DNA of 51,723 nucleotides, counting the filler, from Stramenopiles sp. TOSAG23-2 (lineage: Eukaryota): the NCBI GenBank assembly GCA_900128395.1. It is 3 parts of 3 records of this genome, joined end to end, with 100 filler letters (N's around TTAATTAATTAA, not from the genome) between each part and the next. Parts side by side here need not be neighbours in the genome. Positions count along the whole stretch, not along the records: positions 1 to 17,197 come from LT649656.1; 2 more parts are not named here. One strand, given 5' to 3'. The position numbers and the translations under genes are program-made. The notes under the pieces were generated by a model that saw only the letters and a program-made list of their open reading frames with translations, made no database searches and was not told the DNA's origin. Numbering within the stretch: the first letter of the stretch is position 1; the number at the start of each line of letters is the position of its first letter. Shown in pieces: positions 1 to 9,901 of the stretch.

Positions 1-321
1 TTTGTATACTACCACGTTGGTATTTTTGTAAATTAGTGTTTGTACTATTGATAGGTATATACTGGTAATCCTGGTAATCTCAGGTTTTTTTTTACGCACA
101 TACCACCAACTACCAGGTACTAATTTCTAAAATTCAATTCATTTAACATTCATAATATTTTTTATAAACTACTAGTCCTCTTCATCTATACAGATCCATA
201 CAAACAAACCAAAATAGAAAAAGAAAGAATAAATAAGCTACAACGTATCTATCTATATATATATATATATATATGTGTGTGTATAGCAGCACATACTATT
301 TAATCATAGATAAAATAGACT

Positions 322-3300
322 ATGTCGAGAAAAGTAACTGCGAAATATGTTGTACAACATCTTCGAACTTCTCAGACTGACAAACCTTTACTTGCAAGAA
401 TTAAAAAAATATCATCACTTTTGAAACCAGATAAAAATGGTATGTATGCCAAACAAGATATTATACAGCAGCGTATTCAATACTTAAATGAAACGTTGAA
501 AATAAACCCGTCGAAAATATTAATATTAGGAAATAAAAAAAGCGCATTAAATTATATGAATCAAGAGATGCCAATTTTAACAAATACTAATACTATTTTT
601 AATTATGTAAATCAAAATATTGTACCAATTGTAAAGAAAACATTTCATACTGAAGAAGATCATGTTGTTAATAAGAATTCAACAACACTTCAATATAATA
701 CCGATTTAAAAATATTACCATTCAACGAAATGGTAAATATATTAAACCAAAATGTGTATGAATTGCCGATAAAGGATCAATATCGCCCATCCGGTAACCC
801 AACCTATCACGTGAAGTCGCTACTAAATTTTTTCAAAACATTAGAGGAAAACGATATCAATGCTAAAACATACGATGATTATATTTCAAACAAATTAAAT
901 GTTTCTATCAATTGTACAAACGAATATTTCGAAGCGCAAGTACATTTATCGAAGATATACCAAATCTACGAACAGGATATTTGCAAAAAAAGTAATATTT
1001 GCACAAATATGAAATACTTCACTTTAATATTGGAATATCTGAAAGAAAATAATAATGACATACAAGATCAAATTTTTAAGCATCACCATGTAAACAAATT
1101 AAATCCATATGTAATAATACCAAATTTTGAAGAATGGACCCATGTAGAACAACAATTATATAATTATAGTTTTCATCCCTTGGTGACCAGACTCCATACT
1201 CCCACGGATTCGAATGAAACAACAGTTTCAACCAGTGGTAAAAATAACATAGATTCACTAATATTGTACCAAGAAGATTATACCAACGAGGAAGAGATAG
1301 CAACAAAAGAAGATGATAATAATAGTAATAATATAGATCAAATATACAAAGATGTGTTAATTACTTTCGACACTGACAAGACGGAAGATGTAGCAAGCTC
1401 CTCTGTAGATGACTCTTTTGAGAATGTCTACGACGATGTAAAAGAAAAAAATTTGGAAATTGAAAGTGTACAAACATTGGAAAAAATAAAGGCAAATTTA
1501 AATCATTCGTTGTATAGCAATAATAACGATGAAATAATTGATATGTACAATAAAATACAAGACCTATTTTTAAAAGAGAAAAAAGATCCAAACACACCAT
1601 TGAAAATTGCTATTATTTTAAATAGAGTAAACGATGAAATACAATTGCGAAAACATTTCAACATGAAAAATAACAAACTAGATAGCAATATTAATGGCGA
1701 CAATACAAATAAAATTGAAGTAATGCACCATGGACGGACGAATGTACCATTATATCATGATGCATGTATAAGAGCTTTAGCAGGATATTTAGATATAATC
1801 AAGGACACATCTTCAGATTCACAATCATTAATAAACGTATTAATAGCATTTCCTGAGATTGAATTTGAAGCAATATCAATAGCTTTAAAAGCATCACGTG
1901 ATATCGATATGCCGTTGGAAGATATAATTAGAAACGATCGTAAATTTCATGATCTTATGCAGCATATAGATCATGGCAGAAATGTTTATAAAGAATACTT
2001 ACGTAAACGTAAGAAAGACAATAATAATTATAATAGTACTATTAATAACAAAGAACAGATGGGTTATGAGCGTCGTCAAAAGAATGAGCTGGTTATTAAT
2101 TTATTGAAAGAATTTATGAATGATAGAGGATGGAAAGAAGATGTATTGACGGAAAAACACGTAAATAATATTGACAACTTCTTAACAAAAGTCGTGCTAC
2201 GGAAGTATTCTACCATTTTATTGAATGATTCACCAACGTCATACGCAGAGTACGCACATAATCTGGATCAAAATATGAATTATAAATACAATACTTTAGA
2301 CCCGCACGAGACAAGTATAGTAGATTTATATCGAAAGCATGATTTCCTTACAACCCAACATGAAATCAAAGAGTACGATCATATATTTATTCCAGGATTT
2401 GCTATGAAACGTGGTTATCCAGAAACATCGTTTCGATCTGCATTTCGTATTCCAAGTATATTTGTAAACAATAGCATCAGCAGTAATGCAGCAATCGATT
2501 ATGAATACATCGATGTTCCTAACGAGGAGACCAATTTATATTGCACAAAAGAAACATTAAAAATGCGCAAGAAACGCTTGACTACAATCCAGGAGCGACA
2601 ATTCGAAGAATTTGTAAATAAAATATTGATGAATAATAATATCAAACAGGTCCATACTTCCAATGCTTCACTATATACAGGGTTGAAAACAGAGCAAGAA
2701 CCTTCAAAATGGTTACAACAGGTGCATGATGTAACTATTGCAGATAATAGCTCAACTTCATATGAATCATATTTGGTAAACAAAAAGAACACCACGGATT
2801 TATTTTCAGCGCCATCTTACAATAATGTAAAACAACATATCGATTTATTTCAAATATTTTTCCAGAAACCAAAAAAAACCAAGCAAATGATAGATGTAGA
2901 TAAGGAACTTATATTGCGTGATAACAATTATTCTACATGGGCAGGTGATTTTTTACCATTGCATGATGGCGAGAAAATGACACAACAATTACTGAATTAT
3001 GGGTCAAACGTACAAAAGCATATGTCGCATGCGCAAGTACAAAAATATAAAAATTGCCCGAAAGAGTATATGTATAGATATGTTTTAAATATACCAGAAG
3101 ATACCCCAACACCACTGATGATCTACGGTTCTGTCATGCACGATACTATGGAACGTTTCTGGGAGCTTCGTAGCAAACATGTAAACAACCCAATTCCACT
3201 GAATGAAATATCCGAGATGTGTGTAAATTTATTTAAATCGAATTGGAGGAGCGAAAGCAAACGGTCAAAACATTTATTATTAAAAGGACAAACAAAAATA

Positions 3301-3783
3301 CTAGAGGAACAAGGTGTTGGTGGCTTAATGTCATTTATTGAACGATATTACGATGCGCCATTACCGTTAAATGTAGAAAAGCAGTTTGAATTGCCCATAC
3401 CAGGGTATCCATCTAAATATTTTCGTGGTACGATAGATTTGATTGATCATGTTGGTAATATTGTAGAATTCAAATCAAATAAATTATCTACAACGGCAGG
3501 TGTAAATGCAATCAAAAGAATGGCTGGAAGCAGCTTGCAGCCTAGATTATACGCATTAACGCTAGATAATTCCACTAAAAATGTATACATGGAAGGGGTC
3601 GAAAATGGTGAGCGTGTGCTAGTAGAGACAAAAGGGGAACAAAATGATTCTATGAATGAAGTCACTAAGGTATTAAAGAAAATTGAAGATGGAAATTTTC
3701 CAGCAAAGCCAGGTCATTTTACATGCAATTTTTGTAGTTACAAAAGATTGTGTACGGAACATTCATTGAAAGAGATAGCATAG
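322..3783 (+). CDS. Degenerate UvrD/AdnA-like helicase scaffold fused to a C-terminal AddB/RecB/Cas4-type PD-(D/E)XK nuclease with a predicted 4Fe-4S cluster
   Basis: 1153-aa ORF. From ~3022: SHAQVQKYKNCPKEYMYRY, GSVMHDTME, VEKQF, RGTIDLID..IVEFKS, QPRLYAL and CNFCSYKRLC (one early Cys plus CxxCx5C). The N-terminal and middle parts have eroded UvrD-like segments (QRIQYL..KINPSKILIL, KEYDHIFIPG, QERQFEEFV) and no intact Walker A. Confidence 0.75.
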   Translation: MSRKVTAKYVVQHLRTSQTDKPLLARIKKISSLLKPDKNGMYAKQDIIQQRIQYLNETLKINPSKILILGNKKSALNYMNQEMPILTNTNTIFNYVNQNIVPIVKKTFHTEEDHVVNKNSTTLQYNTDLKILPFNEMVNILNQNVYELPIKDQYRPSGNPTYHVKSLLNFFKTLEENDINAKTYDDYISNKLNVSINCTNEYFEAQVHLSKIYQIYEQDICKKSNICTNMKYFTLILEYLKENNNDIQDQIFKHHHVNKLNPYVIIPNFEEWTHVEQQLYNYSFHPLVTRLHTPTDSNETTVSTSGKNNIDSLILYQEDYTNEEEIATKEDDNNSNNIDQIYKDVLITFDTDKTEDVASSSVDDSFENVYDDVKEKNLEIESVQTLEKIKANLNHSLYSNNNDEIIDMYNKIQDLFLKEKKDPNTPLKIAIILNRVNDEIQLRKHFNMKNNKLDSNINGDNTNKIEVMHHGRTNVPLYHDACIRALAGYLDIIKDTSSDSQSLINVLIAFPEIEFEAISIALKASRDIDMPLEDIIRNDRKFHDLMQHIDHGRNVYKEYLRKRKKDNNNYNSTINNKEQMGYERRQKNELVINLLKEFMNDRGWKEDVLTEKHVNNIDNFLTKVVLRKYSTILLNDSPTSYAEYAHNLDQNMNYKYNTLDPHETSIVDLYRKHDFLTTQHEIKEYDHIFIPGFAMKRGYPETSFRSAFRIPSIFVNNSISSNAAIDYEYIDVPNEETNLYCTKETLKMRKKRLTTIQERQFEEFVNKILMNNNIKQVHTSNASLYTGLKTEQEPSKWLQQVHDVTIADNSSTSYESYLVNKKNTTDLFSAPSYNNVKQHIDLFQIFFQKPKKTKQMIDVDKELILRDNNYSTWAGDFLPLHDGEKMTQQLLNYGSNVQKHMSHAQVQKYKNCPKEYMYRYVLNIPEDTPTPLMIYGSVMHDTMERFWELRSKHVNNPIPLNEISEMCVNLFKSNWRSESKRSKHLLLKGQTKILEEQGVGGLMSFIERYYDAPLPLNVEKQFELPIPGYPSKYFRGTIDLIDHVGNIVEFKSNKLSTTAGVNAIKRMAGSSLQPRLYALTLDNSTKNVYMEGVENGERVLVETKGEQNDSMNEVTKVLKKIEDGNFPAKPGHFTCNFCSYKRLCTEHSLKEIA

Positions 3784-4028
3784 AGTTTATTAACGGGTTT
3801 TCGAGAGAGAGAGAAATAATACTGTACATGAATACTGTATTGAAAGAGGATATAGATTCTTCGCTTGTTTTGAAAATTTTACAAAAGAGAGAGAATATAT
3901 TTTCCTCTCTATAATATTATTTTTTTACATTTTTTTACATTTTTTCACATTTTTTTACACACTAACTTTTTTTTATTTTTTTTATCGCGCTCTAAGTTTT
4001 TTTACACTAACATTTTTTTCGTATTTCT

Positions 4029-6178
4029 TTAGAGTAAAACTAAATCATCTTCATCTTCTTTCTTTTCCTCAACTACAGATGAATCAGTTTGAACTAATAC
4101 TACGTCGTCAACTTCATTTTCCCACGCATACGTAAAACTAAATCATCTTCATCTTCTTTCTTTTCCTCAACTACAGATGAATCAGTTTGAACTAATACTA
4201 CGTCGTCAACTTCATTTTCCCACGCATACGTGGCAAAAATTCCTTCAGTTGACTCATCCAAAATCACTCGTACACGATCAAAGCACTCATCATCTACTGC
4301 TTTACGGAACGTATCGTACGGTGTAATTTTCTTCTTTACTTTTTTGATGATAACTGCACCATTTTCATCAACGGTTTCTTCCTCAACTAGTTCTTCCTCT
4401 AGCTCTCCAGCTAAAACCAATTTCATCAATGCGGGAGAATAACCAGATAACATTTGCACATTCTCTTTATCCGATTCTACCGGTGCATGAATACCACTAG
4501 AAGAATTTCCTCTGATATTCCAATAAATTATCCTTGGCGGATCGTATGGTTTTCCACAAATTTCCATACCTAATTTATTAAATGCTTTCTCAATCATTTG
4601 ATGTGTTGTTTCCCAGTTGGATACGTTATTATTTCTTCCATAACCATATCCACCACAATCGCCATTAGCTTGATCAAATTGCATATCACTAAATACAATC
4701 ATATCTGGCACTTCATCCATTGCTAACTTATTGCTTTTGACGACTTGATATATCAATTCCAATGCCTTCTCTATGCTCGTGCTACCACCCCATGGTGCTG
4801 CTTGCAGACTTGTTACTTTCTGTGATATATCATGCGCTGGGTTTAACTTATGCCACCTTGGATTACTTTCAAATGTAATTACCCTATCTCTAAAAGATGG
4901 TTGTGCTACTTCTGAAATCAAAATTCCTAATGCAATAGCAACTTCCATCGGTTCCCCCGACATAGAACCAGAAACATCTACCAAAGGTACAATTTTCCCA
5001 AGATCAACTTTCTCCTTCACAACTTCACCATTCGCTTGAATCACATCGATATCCATACCATCGCCGCTTTTCAAACCTTCCTTTGCCTCTTCCAAAGATT
5101 TGATCACGCTTTCACGAATGCCTTTCCATTGAACATTACAAAGTAAACGATCCGTACTTGTGCTGGCCTTGCCATGCATGCACTTACGTACGACTTCATG
5201 TGGAAACAATTGTTTACTATTGATTTGCCCTTTGGCCAAATTATCTATCATATGTTTCCTACACAAAATACGGTCTGCATCATCTGGGTGACGATTTCCT
5301 TTCTCCAAATCCGTATTAATTCCTTTAATACTCTCATTCAAAAATGCTTTGGACAATTTATTCATACAGACGGACGGAACGTTTTTGAAATTTATTTCAC
5401 CCCATTTCTTCGAGGACATATAAATTTCTGGAATACTAAGACTTTTACACAATCGGGTGAGGACATTACGATACAATTTACGTCGCTTGTATTTCGTCTC
5501 TCCGCCTCCAACAACCGATTTTGAAGGGAACATATACGATGCAATCTCATCGACTACCTTGTACTTTTTATCGTACGTCTTACGTTCCCTTGGAGCCCAT
5601 TTAGCAGCAAAACTCAAATGGGGAGCTGAAACTTTGTTCTCTTCCTCTTGTTTCTTCATACTCTCATACTCCTCTAATTTCTTTAAATCCTTATTTATTT
5701 GCATTGCAAATAAGCTTAAACACGATTTACGCAACACTTTCTCTGACTCGTTCTCGTTTGCGTCTAATTCAGCAACGATCTCTAAGAGATCCTTCCAACA
5801 GCCATAAAAAGGAATTTCACTGATCAATGCATTGATTGTTTTCGGCCAATATGCATTTAATTTCACAAGCATCCATACAAATAACTTGCGTTCCCCTTTC
5901 CCCATGCCACGAGTTGCTCGACAATGAAACATTGCCACAACAAGATCATGCGCGATTCTCGTCGCTTGATCTTTCTCCGATGATTTCATTGCATCTATGA
6001 CTTTCTCCATCAATTCATGCAATCGTTCTTTTGGTGTAGAACGTACGGAGTTGAAAAATAAATCTACCAAGGTTTCACCCGAAGATGAAAGTTGGATAGC
6101 ACCATTCTCGGTTTGGATTTTATTCCCGTAAGAATTATCCATTCCGGATACAAAACTTGCTTTTGCGATTGCGGTCAT
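4029..6178 (-). CDS. DUF2828 + vWA domain protein (TROVE/Ro60-like architecture)
   Basis: Motifs LVDLFF, RGMGKGERKLF, YGCWKDL, AAKWAPRE, MIDAS DVSGSM, WGGSTS, FSDMQFD, YWNIRG, MLSGYS. The ORF track ends at 4100 because of a 98-bp tandem duplication; removing one copy gives ...EDEDDLVLL* with the stop at 4029-4031. Confidence 0.85.
4034..4229. repeat. 98-bp exact tandem duplication at the 3' end of the DUF2828 gene
   Basis: 4034-4131 is repeated at 4132-4229. Confidence 0.95.
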
Positions 6179-6629
6179 TTTTAACTTTAAAAAATGAATA
6201 AAAATATATACGTCGGTTTCTGTTTTATTAAAAACGTTTAAAATAAGATTTGTTTGTTTTAATTTGAATTAAATTTTCTTCTTACTTGTTTGTTTTTCTT
6301 TTTATGTATATTTTCTTTATCTCTTTCTGATATGTATTTTTTTTATTTGTGTGTGTGTTGTAGATTACAAAAACATATAATCTATAATCGTGTGTGCAAT
6401 AGTGTGTGCCTGTTAAAATCAATCCAGATTTTCATCTTCTCGTACTTTTATCTAAAATTACAAGGAGGTTGTAATAATTGTGCATAAAAATGATTTTCAT
6501 TCCAAATACAATGCTATGTCCATACTAATATTAGTGGATGTCTTTGATAATGTTGGTTTTTGCTTGAGATAGAAAAAGAACCCCGCAGAAAATCAATTTC
6601 ATTCTTCCTTGAAAATAAAAAACAATTCA

Positions 6630-6637
6630 TATAAATA
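6630..6637 (+). promoter_or_regulatory. Putative TATA box for the candidate ncRNA
   Basis: TATAAATA begins 31 nt before the first base of hairpin 1 (G6661). The AT-rich background weakens this. Confidence 0.35.
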
Positions 6638-6660
6638 CTAAAAATGTCGAAAAACAAATA

Positions 6661-6829
6661 GATCACAAACAGCAAAAACAAAAAAAGATTTAACAAAAAG
6701 CCAAACAATTTGATGAAAACAAACTGTGATCAGTAAGCGGTTTACTGCAAATTAAAATTTAAAAATTTAAGCATTTAAAAATACCAGCCGCTTGTGTAAT
6801 ATTTAACTTTGTTTAAAAATTACTTTTTT
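6661..6829 (+). ncRNA. Candidate structured ncRNA with two tandem ACWGCAA stem-loops, divergent from the DUF2828/vWA gene
   Basis: Stem 1: GATCACA 6661-6667 / TGTGATC 6725-6731, with ACAGCAA at 6669-6675. Stem 2: AAGCGGTT 6735-6742 / AGCCGCTT 6786-6793 (one G-U), with ACTGCAA at 6744-6750. No run of 4 or more T occurs until TTTTTT at 6824-6829. Confidence 0.5.
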
Positions 6830-6959
6830 GTTCATAATAGTGTGGGTAAAATTAAATTATTTTAAAAACGTTAGCTAACCCATACAAAATTGTATTTTAT
6901 TTTCCGCTTGTGTAATATTTAACTTTGTTTAAAAATTACTTTTTTGTTCATAATAGTGT
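6788..6959. repeat. 56-bp direct repeat (period 116)
   Basis: CCGCTTGTGTAAT...CATAATAGTGT at 6788-6843 and 6904-6959. Confidence 0.9.
6824..6829 (+). terminator. Putative RNA polymerase III terminator (T6)
   Basis: First T-run of 4 or more downstream of 6661. Confidence 0.3.
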
Positions 6960-7244
6960 AAAATTATTATTTTATCAATTGACTTCACTATGCATAAAAT
7001 ATCATATATATCATATATTATATGATATGCATTTATATATTTTTTAAAATTTAAATATATTAAATTATACTATATTTTTAAAGTATCGTGTATATTTACG
7101 TAATGAAGCAAACATTTTTCATATAAATGATACATCCTCAACCCTCACATTTCCTTCCATTCACTCAACACATAAGATACGTAATATACATAATATGTAT
7201 CTAGAGATTGGTAAATACATATATATGATATATATATGATATAT

Positions 7245-8570
7245 TTATAATTTACCATCCATGAAGTCGTTGATCATCACCAATGCATTTTGTGGTTGAT
7301 CTCTTGGAACCATATGGCCAGCTTGATAAACACGCAAGAAGTTAAAACCATTTGCTTTTCGCAACATACCTATTCCACTTGAATTTGTTTTTGTACCCCA
7401 CAAGGTATTTGCTGCGTTGTTAAAGGCTTCTTTCCCAGACCATTCCAATGCTAATGTCCAGGCTTGGTTTCCGAGCCAATTACAAATGAAATCTTGATCA
7501 CCAGCATAAACCAATACAGGAATTCCAGCCTCCAAAAGATCAGGAATTTTGTTCTGAAAATCATGCATCCAATCCAGTAAAAAGCCAATAGTAACTACAC
7601 GATTGCAATCTTGCCATTTATTTTTTACGCCAATAGCAGCTTGTACAGCTGGTGAATTCACATATTTAGCAACATTGCTAAAATCGTAACATAACGGTGG
7701 TTTTGCACACTTGATTCTTAAATCGTATAAATTAATGCCACTAAATTCAACTGGCTCTACTAAATTCATATTACAATTTTCATAGGCAAAGTAGCATGAT
7801 AATTCTGCACCTTTAGCATTTGAATTACAATTTGTGATTGATTTTATGCAACCAGGCACAGATGATTCAATATATTTATATGTCTTTTCCGTCCATCCAG
7901 GCACACGAGGAGCAGATGTAGAATTATAAGCCATTTGTGGATAATATTTGTATTGGATTTCCGGATCAGTTAAACCATTTCCAATACTGACACCTTTCAT
8001 ATTAATACTTGATTCTTTATTTTTATTGCCCGTGTAAATACGGTGAGCAATTGCTGGTACATAATGCCCTGCATACGATTCCCCTACGATGAAGAAATCA
8101 TTTTTAGCATATTCTGGATGTGCTTTGTAAAATTCTACAAGGAATTCAAACGTATCCTCTGCTACTTGTGTCTCATTGTTGTCGTACTTCCCCGTGGAAA
8201 ATCCAGTGCCTGGTGGTTGATCTATATATAATAGATTTGCTTGTGTATTCCATGAATATGGATTATTAGTAGTATCAGTACCTTCACTATTTACTTTACA
8301 AGGACCATTCTCGGTAAACAATGCTAGTTCTGAGGAACATCCTGGACCACCAGTTAACCATAGTAAGATTGGATCAGTGGATGGTGTACGCCTTGATTCA
8401 AACATCCAATAAAAATATGATTTATTCCCTTGTTTCAAATCAAAGAAACCAGAATATTGTTTCACATTCTTATCACAAATGGTTGGATTCTTCTCGTTGC
8501 TAAATGTTCCTTTCGCAGAAACTGCGATGATAGTTAACGCAAATGATAAAATTAATATTACTTTTAACAT
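7245..8570 (-). CDS. Serine carboxypeptidase (peptidase S10), secreted or lysosomal
   Basis: Signal peptide; WLTGGPGCSS, IDQPPGTGFS, GESYAG (catalytic Ser), GDQDFICN, AGHMVP. Confidence 0.97.
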   Translation of the reverse strand: MLKVILILSFALTIIAVSAKGTFSNEKNPTICDKNVKQYSGFFDLKQGNKSYFYWMFESRRTPSTDPILLWLTGGPGCSSELALFTENGPCKVNSEGTDTTNNPYSWNTQANLLYIDQPPGTGFSTGKYDNNETQVAEDTFEFLVEFYKAHPEYAKNDFFIVGESYAGHYVPAIAHRIYTGNKNKESSINMKGVSIGNGLTDPEIQYKYYPQMAYNSTSAPRVPGWTEKTYKYIESSVPGCIKSITNCNSNAKGAELSCYFAYENCNMNLVEPVEFSGINLYDLRIKCAKPPLCYDFSNVAKYVNSPAVQAAIGVKNKWQDCNRVVTIGFLLDWMHDFQNKIPDLLEAGIPVLVYAGDQDFICNWLGNQAWTLALEWSGKEAFNNAANTLWGTKTNSSGIGMLRKANGFNFLRVYQAGHMVPRDQPQNALVMINDFMDGKL

Positions 8571-9114
8571 TTTATTCTTTTTTTCTTAATAATAGATGTT
8601 ATAAAATAAAATCACTTAACTGTATGTAAATAAATTCCTTTTATGAAATAGTTTTTCGCACCTGGTACTTAGTATGTGATGTTGTCATCTTATTATAGTA
8701 ATTTTTGTTTGGATTTTATTTATTATTTATGTACGTGCAGTGCACCCAGTGTGGTTGGATCTTAATTTTGGATTTTTTTTGTGTTTGCCTACCTTCTTCC
8801 TATCAAAAACAATACTAAAAATACCTGAAGTATAATAATAACACAGGCTTTGGAGATTGTTATTATACTTTATCCTATTTTTAGGATATTAAGGTACTAA
8901 GAGATCACATCAGGCCCACTACTGCACATAGGGTGAAACGCCCACAGCATTAGCATCAGCAATTAAAAAGATACATTTATAGTGATGTCACACACATCTA
9001 TGTATACAAAAGTATTCCAGGAATTTAGAATATCCTCTCATATACTGACATTCAATAGAAAGAAAGAAACAAGAATTTTTCAAAAAATAAACATCAAACC
9101 TAACAGAAATAATC

Positions 9115-9642
9115 ATGTCGGTTGCAAAATATACTTCAATTATTGCATTAGTAGTCGCTACATTATTTATGATTGGTGCAGTACAAAGTAGTGGATCTAT
9201 AATGGATACGTGTTTACAAGGTGGAATGTCAATTAACAAAATTTCATATGAGAAGTGTCGAGAAATTGGAACGAGTATTGCAAAAAAAGGTGACGCGGAA
9301 GCTGCATATTTATCATTACTGCTTGTTATAGCAAGAGTTGAGGCAACCCTTTTCCTAGGTTTAGGAGCTGGTGCCATTTATGCTTTAGTATTCCTTGAAA
9401 AAGGAACGGAACAGGTAGCTGTGGTTCACTTGATGCACGCAATTTGGGCCATATCTGTATTCTTGGTCCATTCCCATAGCGCTGGTTATTTAGGAGATCA
9501 AGGTGTAGACCCGAATGTGGATCAAGGCTTTTATGAAACCATGCCAATCGTTTCCATCACTGGGTTTCAAGCTGTCCTTTTCTCTACTGCTTTTTTTCTG
9601 TCAAGTGGTAATCCTTCCAGCGATAAATTGAAACGTCAATAA
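9115..9642 (+). CDS. Hypothetical multi-pass membrane protein (175 aa)
   Basis: ATG-initiated ORF with about four hydrophobic segments and coding-like composition; no family recognised. Confidence 0.7.
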   Translation: MSVAKYTSIIALVVATLFMIGAVQSSGSIMDTCLQGGMSINKISYEKCREIGTSIAKKGDAEAAYLSLLLVIARVEATLFLGLGAGAIYALVFLEKGTEQVAVVHLMHAIWAISVFLVHSHSAGYLGDQGVDPNVDQGFYETMPIVSITGFQAVLFSTAFFLSSGNPSSDKLKRQ

Positions 9643-9901
9643 ATGATATCTTTAGAGTTCTACTAAGTATGTGGGAGTTTTGACAATAATAATATAATTT
9701 TAATATAATATCATCCGTAGGTATAATATAAATAATTATTTTTATTTTACTTTTTTTATTCGATTTTATTTATTATTATTAAAATACAGTACCTGTGGTA
9801 TTAGACTATAATAATATATATAGCACAATAAAGAATCAAAGATAAGAACAAACCATATAATACTTAATAATAAAACACAAGTAACAATAGAAATTTACAA
9901 A

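Noticed and set aside
3022-3783. Cas4-like nuclease suggesting a CRISPR system
   Set aside because: No repeat-spacer array or other cas genes; all direct repeats here have only two copies; the fold is shared with AddB/AdnA.
4100-4131. C-terminus RMRGKMKLTT of the DUF2828 ORF
   Set aside because: Out-of-frame read into the 98-bp duplicate; the native end is probably DDLVLL*.
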